Source of the DNA: Octopus vulgaris
Taxonomy: Eukaryota
Length of the DNA stretch: 64,000 nucleotides
Assembly: GCA_951406725.2 (NCBI GenBank)
Contig: OX597830.1
Coordinates: 10,168,001-10,232,000 of the forward strand
Direction: 5' to 3'
Numbering within the stretch: the first letter of the stretch is position 1; every line of letters starts with the position of its first letter. The translations under genes and the position numbers were made by a program. Below the pieces are notes generated by a model that saw only the letters and a program-made list of their open reading frames with translations, did not search any database and was not told the DNA's origin. Below are positions 55,332-64,000 of the stretch, piece after piece.

Positions 55332-56125
55332 CTATATATGACTATTTGCATGTATATATGTATATATCTGTGTATAAAAATACGTATATGTATATATAAA
55401 TACATATATATATATATGTATGTATATATTTAAGTAGATATGTATATACGTAAGTATACATATATAGTCATAAATATGTGTGTGTATGTGCGTGTGTGTG
55501 CTCGTGCGTATGCGTGTGTGTGTGTGTGGTGAGTGCGTATAAAACATTGACGAAACGAAATAACATGAAACGAAACAAAATAAAAACCATTTCCTTTATT
55601 TTTCCATTTGTGGTTTTATCATTCATTTGAATATGGAATACAGCTGTTGTTGCCATAAATACGTATGTTTATCTGTGTGGTACATGTGTGTATGTATGTG
55701 TGTGTGTGTGTGTGTGTGTGTACGCGCGCGTGCGTGTGCGTGTGTGGAGATCTGTATAGGCTTTATGTTGTAGGTAAAGACTGATATTTTTGTACAAGAT
55801 TTCAGATTTGGTGGAAGGCAACGTTTGGCGGGTGGGTTTTCTAGAATGTACGATTTTATGATAGATTGAAGTGGATGAGGTTTTGTAAAGGCTGAATGAC
55901 CAAATGACAAATGTAGTATAACGTCACACGCATACACAAGCACACACACACACACACAGAGTCTCACATACACAATCACACTTACACACACGTACATATA
56001 TTTGTGTATACTGTACCACCCCAAAAATTTATAATTTTGTACAGACACAAATACACCCTTTTCTATAAATGTATATAATATATATATGAATAGATGCATA
56101 TTATACGCACATACACACACACACA

Positions 56126-56192
<67 letters not shown>

Positions 56193-56657
56193 CAAAGAGG
56201 CACACAAGGAAAATGGTATCATTCCAACCATATTCAACTTTTCCCTTTTGCTTCTCTTTGCTCTTCTTCTTTATTTATTCTTCACTCAGATGAAGCTCTG
56301 TCTCAGGTCGGTTTTATTACCAAGTATAAATATTTCTAACGTATCAATAGCAACACCACACAACATTGGAAACAGAAACAGCCGTAAGATGGGACGCAGT
56401 CTATTTACATTGAATTCATAAATAATAATTGTTGTTGTTCATCAAAATTTCTCCATTTGCTCTTTTCTTTCAATTTTGATTCCCCATAAACTAATGTTTA
56501 TCCATGTCTTTACCTATAATTTATGAGCATAATGTGCTTCTATATGTATGCCCATGGTTAAACATAGGTAATATACTGGTAGTGTAATGGATACTTCTAT
56601 CCTTTAGACGGCTATTTTAACGTCTAAATCAGCTAACAAATTTATATATATATATAT

Positions 56658-57062
56658 AGGCGCAGGAGTGGCTGTGTGGTAAGTAGCTTCTTTACCAACC
56701 ACATGGTTCCGGGTTCAGTCCCACTGCGTGGCACCTCGGGCAACTGTCTTCTACTATAGCCCCGGGCCGACCAATGCCTTGTGAGTGGATTTGGTAGACG
56801 GAAACTGAAAGAAGCCCGTCGTATATATGTATATATATATATATATATGCGTGTGTGTGCTTGTGTGTCTGTGTTTGTCCCCCCCAACATCGCTTGACAA
56901 CCGATGCTGGTGTGTTTATGTCCCCGTTACTTAGCGATTCGGCAAAAGAGACCGATAGAATAAGTACTAGGCTTACAAAGAATAAGTCCCAGGGTCGAGT
57001 TGCTCGATTAAAGGCGGTGCTCCAGCATGGCCGCAGTCAAATGACTGAAACAAGTAAAAGAG
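56658..57062 (+). mobile_element. SINE family A, full length
   Basis: Homology to family A. Confidence 0.9.
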
Positions 57063-57094
<32 letters not shown>

Positions 57095-57109
57095 TACACA
57101 CATACACAG

Positions 57110-57270
57110 AGAGAAACAGAAGACGGAGATAGGTGTAGTAAGAACAAGCCGGTGTATTAGTTTAAGATTTGCGGCAAATGGAAAAGCCTTTTACATTTCT
57201 AGCCTACGCTCTTCGACAGAAAGAAATAAGCGAAAAAAAGGAGAGAATGAAAGAAAAAACAGAAAACCAG
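57110..57270 (-). mobile_element. Diverged copy of the A6U-hammerhead element (motif at about 57188-57223)
   Basis: Minus strand CTTTCTGTCGAAGAGCGTAGGCTAGAAATGTAAAAG; inverted relative to the copy 500 bp downstream. Confidence 0.5.
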
Positions 57271-57769
57271 TATATACTTAAGCGGTCCAACATACTGATT
57301 TGACTGGGGAAAAAGAGGCTGAATGAAAGAAGGATAATAATATAGAGATTAAATGAAGGGGAGATAATAATCGTGAACCCAACGTACTAAGGTGCGCAAG
57401 CGTGTGTTTGCATGTGAGAATGGTGTGTATGAGAGTGTATATGTGAATGGGTTGAATGAGTCTGACGTGTGTGTGCGCGCTCGCTCGAACGTGTGTAACA
57501 TGTGTGTGTGTGTAGCAGTTGATGTGTGCCTTTTCAAGTGGTGTGTGCACACGTGTATGTGTGTGTGTGTGCATTGCCTCTGTTCAGGTAGTATGTGTTT
57601 GTGAGGGTGTGGATGGTGATAATTGGTGTGTGTACAGTCAAACAGTGTGCGAGGAGTGAGGTGTGGTGTGTGTCCCTTTAATGGTATCTGAAGTGAGTGA
57701 TGAGTTGAACAGTGTGTATGGGTGTGTGTATAGTGGTGAGTATGTAGTGAGGGTACTGAGGTGGGCACG

Positions 57770-57931
57770 CTAGCCACTACACATTCTTTCTTTCCTCTCC
57801 TTGTTTCGCTCCCTGTTTCTTTCTGTGGAAGAGCGTAGGCTCGAAACGTTAAAGACTTTTTCACTTCCCGAGCGTTAATACATCACCTGTCTTTGTCTTT
57901 TTTTGTTTTTGTTTTTTGGTGAATTCTCCCT
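57770..57931 (+). mobile_element. Short non-autonomous Penelope-like element carrying an A6U-variant minimal hammerhead (57819-57854)
   Basis: CTTT-CTGTGGA-A-GAGC-GTAG-GCTC-GAAA-CG-TT-AAAG; element ends GAATTCTCCCT directly against (TA)n. Homologous copies at 2895-3085, 26887-27045 and 57110-57270. Confidence 0.6.
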
Positions 57932-58002
57932 ATATATATACATATATAATAGAAATATTACATTTCTAAATATCTCAGAGAGATTTATGCAGTGGTGTTA
58001 CG

Positions 58003-58193
58003 ATAAAGTAGTTGCATACTGTCAACTTTATGTAACAGTCCCATGACGGGAATCATACTACTGCTATTTAGCCCTAGGACGCAGCAACGCTTCCTCAAGG
58101 CCGACATGAAGTGTTGCTGCGTCCTAGGGCTAAATAGCTGTAGTTTGATTCCCTTCATGGGACTGTTACATTAAGTTGACAGTATGCAGCTAC

Positions 58194-58198
<5 letters not shown>
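58003..58198. repeat. Fold-back inverted repeat (about 91-bp arms, 14-nt loop) adjacent to (TA)n
   Basis: Arms 58003-58093 and 58108-58198, with a few substitutions. Confidence 0.9.
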
Positions 58199-58232
<34 letters not shown>

Positions 58233-58418
58233 AAGTAAATAAATGGTAAAACAAGACACCGATAGTTACTAGAAAATAGCAATCGTAATAAATACGACGC
58301 TATTGTATAGCTTCACTGCGTATATACTAGCAAAGACGCGTGTGTGCAACAAACATGAAAAAAACTTGTCTTACCTCTAGGAAGAACATCTGAAAAATGA
58401 AAAACCTAGAAACGGATA

Positions 58419-58489
58419 ATGCAGTACTGGTTTCAGACTCTTCAAATACGTTTGACAACGTAGATTTGATTTGTCTTCATCAGCTGCAT
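58419..58489 (-). ncRNA. Minimal type I hammerhead ribozyme, canonical core
   Basis: Minus strand reads ATGCAG-CTGATGA-AGAC...GTCT-GAAA-CCAG-TA-CTGCAT. Perfect 6-bp stem I, CUGAUGA core, 4-bp stem II with further internal pairing (tacgtt/aacgta), GAAA, minimal stem III, GUA cleavage triplet. Confidence 0.85.
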
Positions 58490-58744
58490 ATACCTGGACA
58501 AAATTTCATATGTTGCCACATCTATGCCAGTACACTCGTCTGAACGCCAGAACGATAACAGTGAAGAAGTTTCAATGAAAATAGTAATGCAATACGAAAG
58601 TATTGCTTTCCAGTAAAAGATAGCCCAGAAGGGTAAAATTATACATATAAAAATAAATAAATGCGTATGCAGAAACTTATATAGATATTATATATAAACC
58701 TGTCTGTCCATCAATCTGTGTATATGTATGTATGCATGCATTCT

Positions 58745-59000
58745 TTTACTCTTTTATTCTTTTATTTCATTCATTCATTTGATTGCGGCGATGCTGGGGC
58801 ACCGCCTTTAGTTGAATAAGTCGCCCCCAGGACTTATTTTTTGTAAGCCTAGTATTCATTCTATCGGTCTCCATCTACCAAATCCATTCACAAGGCTTTG
58901 GTCGCCCCGTGGCTATAGTAGAAGACACTTGCCCAAGGTACCACGCAGTGGGACTGAACCTAGGACCATGTGGTTGGGAAGCAAGCTTCTTACTACACAA
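58745..59000 (-). mobile_element. SINE family A, internally deleted
   Basis: Homology to family A. Confidence 0.8.
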
Positions 59001-59099
59001 CCTCTTGTGTGTGTACATGTATATACGTATACATACATGCCTAAATATCGGACGATGAAATGAGTGCTGAACACTGCATTGGTGGATATATATATATAT

Positions 59100-59470
59100 A
59101 GGCGCAGGAGTGGCTGTGTGGTAAGTAGCTTGCTAACCAACCACATGGTTCCCGGTTCAGTCCCACTGCGTGGCATCTTGGGCAAGTGTCTTCTGCTAAA
59201 GCACCGGGCCGACCAATGCCTTGTGAGTGGATTTGGCAGACGGAAACTGAAAGACGCCTGTCGTATATATGTATATATATATATGTATGTGTGTGTTTGT
59301 GTGTTTGCTGGTGTGTTTACGACTCCGTCACTTAGCGATTCGACAAAAGAGACCACTAGAATAAGTACTGGGCTTACAAAGAATAAGTCCCGGGGTCGAT
59401 TTGCTCGACTAAAGGCGGTGCTCCAGCATGGCCGCAATCAAATGACTGAAACAAGTAAAAGAGTAAAAGA
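59100..59470 (+). mobile_element. SINE family A
   Basis: Homology to family A; head-to-head with the previous copy. Confidence 0.88.
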
Positions 59471-60058
59471 GTATATATATGCACACGTGAAATGTGGTAG
59501 AAGGATTGAGAGTCCAGAAACGTATTGGAACCAGAACATATAAACATCGAAATATCCTGAACCAAATAAAGTGGACGGATTCTTCGAAGAAACAAAAGCA
59601 TTTTAATACACAGCTCAAACAAAAATCTATATAGGTAGGTAGATAGATAGATAGATAGATATGTATGCATATTTATATGTGAGTCTTTGTGTGTGTACTT
59701 ATAAACAGAGAAAGTGGAACAGGTTGTGAATTAGTTTTGTTCAATAAAATCCATTTAGTTTGAAATTTCTTTTGTTATTCTCCTCGTTCAACTCCCATTT
59801 AATGCTTCGTTTAAAAGAGATAATCTGTGGAAACATTAACGTTTAACTCGTAAGTACGTAACTAAACAATAACTTGTGCTACAACCCCCCACCACCACCG
59901 CCACCACAATCAGTTTTGGTCTTAAAACAAAAGATTTGTTCTCTTCAAATGGTTTCTCGGTCTGCTTGCTTCAGTCTGATCCCAGCTGCTGATCGATGGG
60001 TCGTTGTTTTTAACGCTACATAATGTACAGAACACAAACCATCATAGACGCGCACACG

Positions 60059-60449
60059 CAGCACTGGATTAACCATTATGCAAAATAAGCACGTGCTTAA
60101 TGCATCAAGAGAAGCAGAGGGTGCCACAGAAATGGTAAATGGTTTACAGCACAAAAGAAATCACTACAGAATAATATAGATGCGGATGTGTTATCCAAGA
60201 TTAATTTTGACGATTTGATCAAAGACATTGCAATTCCAAAAAGTAGGAGGAAACTTTTCAAACTTAAATAAAGTGGAATTATAAAAAAAATAAACATTAT
60301 TTTCCCTCATATTGTTTTGTTTCGTTTTGAAAAATAAAATGTTTTTTTTATGGTGTGTTGTTGTTTATATTTTGAATTACATAATCTTTTATGGGAGCAC
60401 CAAAATCTTTTAAGTGCTTAAGGCCTCGACGGGTCCTAATCCGGCCCTG
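60059..60449 (+). mobile_element. Non-autonomous hAT transposon with transposase C-terminal remnant
   Basis: Termini CAGCACTGGATTA...TAATCCGGCCCTG; flanking 8-mers CGCACACG/CGCACACA (TSD, 7 of 8 match); internal IDADVLSKINFDDLIKDIAIPKSRRKLF. Confidence 0.8.
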
Positions 60450-60916
60450 CGCACACAGGCATACAAACGTGCGCATATGTATGTGTGTGTGCGTGTTAGT
60501 CTGTCAGTATGTCTGTGTTTGTGTGTTTCTGTCTGTTTGATTATGCATGTATACGTGTGTGTGTGTGTGTGAGTGCGTCATTTTGTTTGTTTCTACCCAT
60601 AGATGGTAACCAATGTTGGTTTGTTTGCGTCCGCGTTAACAAGCGTCTCATCATCGATTGACCAATCGAACTAGATTCAAAATAAGACTTGAGGTTCATC
60701 TGCTGAACTAAAGCCTTCAAGTCAGAGCTCCAGCTTGCCACATGCACGTATTAAATATGAATAGATTTAGGCCCTTCGTACTTACATCCATCTGCAGGGG
60801 TCAGCAGCGAGTTAACTGTTATGCAAGTGATTGAAAGAGGCGTCGCTGTTCATCGCATCTTCTTAATTTCTCGTAAACGTTTTACTTTTGCTCTCTGACA
60901 TCCCACTCTACTTCTT

Positions 60917-60957
<41 letters not shown>

Positions 60958-61453
60958 TGCACTCTCTCACTCACGCTCTAATTTTCTTTGTAGAATGTCG
61001 AAACACATAGTATTGTCGCATGGTCTGCTTTGCTGGGTAACTCGAGTGTGTTAACTTCGTTTTGATATTTGTATAATGCAGCTATTTCAGTAGTTTCCTA
61101 AATATCTATCTATCTGTCTATGAATCCATCTATATATCTGCCTGTCTTTCTATATATACATATAAATTTCTGTGTGTATGTGTTCAGTGTATAAAAGGGT
61201 TTCTAATCTACGCCGTGTTCTCTTGAAGCACGCCCGAAGGTTCCGATTAATCTAAGGTGTATAACACGTACAATACTCATGTTTATTATACAAATAAAAA
61301 ATTAGCCTCATTTTTGATATTTTCAGTGTCATTAATCATAATACATCTATCATAAATATAATAATATTTTTATCGTAATTTATCATTTTTTCGATAAAAA
61401 TGAGTCTTGTGCGTGTTTTCTTTTTTCATAACTGTATACCTACTTTTGCACCC

Positions 61454-61484
<31 letters not shown>

Positions 61485-61675
61485 ACTTGAAGGCTTTAGT
61501 TCAGCAAACAGCAAACCATAAAATATATTTAAAAAAAGTGGGCTTCATGCCATTCTTGGAAGTGTAGTCTTTTCTTAGCTACAATAGCGATATGAATTTC
61601 TTCCATCTTCTTGCCCAGTTAAAGTATTTGAGAAAATTTATATTGTGTCCAACCGTTTAAAATTCTATTTATTTG

Positions 61676-61762
61676 TGCACCTGATGATAGCACTGCATTT
61701 AAATTGATGTAATGATTGCATTGTTAAATTAAATGGAGCCGCTTGAAACGGTCATAATTGCA
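61676..61762 (+). ncRNA. Decayed hammerhead motif
   Basis: TGCAC-CTGATGA-TAGC...GCTT-GAAA-CGGTCA-TA-ATTGCA. Core intact, stems eroded; followed about 40 bp later by (TA)n. Confidence 0.45.
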
Positions 61763-61797
61763 TCTCCTCCTGATATCCTGTACCTTATTTTGATTTA

Positions 61798-61841
<44 letters not shown>

Positions 61842-62944
61842 GTGTGTGTGTGTGTGTTATATTTGGAATGAGATATGTATAGCATTTGAAATTTCTGGTG
61901 ACCTCTTTCTGCAGAGTTATCACATAACAGATTAGAGGATTGGTAAACACATTTGGCATATATTTAGTTCCCTACTATGCGTGTTTCATTACTGGTTAAT
62001 AATATCGTTTTATGTTTATGAACTTGTATCGCAAGTTTCCTGATGTGGGACTGTGCGTTGAAACAGATATTGTTGTATTTCGGGGTGGTCATTATTTTTT
62101 TCTCAAATAAACACACACTCAAACTATATATTCGTTCTTCACTCGTTTATAACTGTTTTTATTTTAACTCATGTCCATTGTCCGGTAATATTTCGTCCAG
62201 AAATACAACAATATTATTTTGATATCATTTTTAAAGTTTCGTCAGAAAAATTACAGATAAGAGATTCTATACATTTTTCTCCATGTATACTTTCTGATTC
62301 CTATCCTGTAACGAACCACATGCGACATGGAACTAAAAAAATATACTAAATTCTCTAGTCTTCCGTTTCCATATATATCTTTTACCATTTAACTTATATT
62401 TATTTCAGTGATTAGACAGCGGCCATGTTGGGTCACAGCCTTCAAGAAATTTAGTAGAATGGGTCGTACTTAGTACCTTTTCTTTACAAGCCTGGCACTT
62501 TTACTCAAGTTTCTAATGCATTTTAAGTGAGTGTCTTGTCTATTTTTAATATAGGCAGTATTTTAATAGACGTCCTATAAATATTGTATCGTATTTGAAT
62601 TTCTATCTCCACGAGTCAGAACAGCGTTGTTTAATCTTTGTTTTATTCTGAAGATTGCTAAACCAACGGCTTTCTCAGTGAAAAAGAATCAAAACGCTCT
62701 TATTATCTTTGAAAATTTTGTGTCTGTGACTATCCAGTTTCCATTTATGCAAGTACACACTTGGCTTTGCTATAAACGTTAGTGTTACAATGGTTGTATT
62801 CACTATGAATGTCTATATAGAGAAATAGAGAAGCTGTATCCCCTGGAGTGTTAGTAATACAGTACCGGGCTAAACATCCGGCAAGTTTGGAACGGAAGTG
62901 GTCCGGATTTCTGAACCACCTGGTTTTCATGAGATAGTCTTAAT

Positions 62945-63150
62945 ATACCTTTTACTTCTTTGAGTCATATTGCGGCCATGCTGGGGCACTGCCTTAAAGA
63001 ATTTTTAGTCGAATGAATTGACCCCAGTACTTATTGCCTCGTGTTTATTCTATCGGTCTCTTTTGCTGAACTGCTAATTTCGAGGACATAAAAACACCAA
63101 CACTGGTTGGTGATGGGGATCAAGCGCAGACATAACCACACACACACGCA
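62945..63150 (-). mobile_element. SINE family A-related 3' half (diverged)
   Basis: Homology to the family A tail. Confidence 0.65.
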
Positions 63151-63184
63151 CACGCACACGCACAGATGCGTGTGTGTGTAATAA

Positions 63185-63476
63185 TTGAAGGTCAGGTGTG
63201 AATTCATTACAACCGTTTCTAACGAATTTTTTAACCGATTAACGAGTGCATTATGTCATTATAAAAAATGTTTTCTTCAGATAAATACACGAATTACACA
63301 ATGAAGAACATTTAAAATAATTTAGAATCCATGGCAACATGCATACGCAATGAATCTGCCACTAGTTCAGCGACTGAGCTAGTGGCAGAATCATTGAATA
63401 AGCATGGTGCCGTGAATTTTATCAATTAAAACATTCGTTAGAAACGGCCGTAATGACTTTGACACCTGTCTTTCAA
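63185..63476. mobile_element. Fold-back element with hammerhead-containing arms and an internal hairpin (about 63348-63396)
   Basis: Terminal inverted arms of about 55 bp. The left arm carries the minus-strand hammerhead; the right arm carries its 3' half on the plus strand. Confidence 0.7.
63198..63290 (-). ncRNA. Type I hammerhead ribozyme, slightly decayed
   Basis: Minus strand reads GTGTATTTAT-CTGAAGA-AAAC...GTTA-GAAA-CGGTTG-TA-ATGAATTCAC. Stem I pairs 9 of 10 (one G-U). First pair of stem II is mismatched. The inverted arm at 63441-63456 retains the palindrome GAAACGGCCGTAATGA. Confidence 0.7.
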
Positions 63477-63748
63477 CTGTTACTTATTTATAATTCACCT
63501 ATCTCAGAACATGCCCCTCGCGTGATTTCAAGTATTTTATTGCACTGGATATGTAATAAAATGTACGTGTCTGAACAGCTCAAGAGCAGATCATATACTC
63601 AGCTGGGTCAAATTGACTGCATACATTACCCAAATATCACTTTATTAATACTTCTATACCAAGGTTGGTATTCATCTAAAAATTGTGTGTGCATCTTATC
63701 CGGACCTAACTAGGTGCCTCAATTTTAAGTACCTTATTCAACTGAATC

Positions 63749-63802
<54 letters not shown>

Positions 63803-63804
<2 letters not shown>

Positions 63805-63955
63805 GACGGTCTTCTTTCAATTTCTGTCAACCAAATCTGCTCACAAGGCATTGGTCATCCAGGGATTTTTGTTGGATACACTGCCCAAGATCCCATGGTG
63901 GGGGACTGAACCTGGAACCAATTGATTCTGAAGCAAACTTCTTACCACACAACCA
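63803..63955 (-). mobile_element. SINE family A, diverged 5' half
   Basis: Homology to the family A head. Confidence 0.7.
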
Positions 63956-64000
63956 CGATCAAAATATAAAGCAAACTATGAAAAGTGAAAAACTAAATTT

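Overview
AT-rich eukaryotic non-coding DNA whose repeat content (tRNA-derived SINEs, dense (TA)n/(CA)n/(TAA)n microsatellites) looks like an octopod cephalopod genome; the taxon is an inference. I found no intact host protein-coding gene. Nearly all ORFs in the track are microsatellite read-throughs or SINE sequence. Recognisable coding remnants are all from transposons: a Helitron PIF1-type helicase, a mariner transposase, a maT/Tc1-type transposase, a hAT C-terminus, an RTE-type RT, several R4/Dong-like restriction-endonuclease LINE ends, and a decayed Penelope-like GIY-YIG endonuclease. The most notable signal is a set of about ten unrelated minimal type I hammerhead-ribozyme motifs. Some are canonical, some carry recurrent core variants (A6U, U4C) and some are decayed. 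They lie in short non-coding elements, mostly in or beside (TA)n tracts. Several of these and related elements form long fold-back (inverted-repeat) structures and share a ...TT(T/C)(A/T)CCCT terminus. Together this suggests a multi-family system of non-autonomous Penelope-like / retrozyme-type elements. All structures were read by eye, and coordinates of diverged repeats are approximate.
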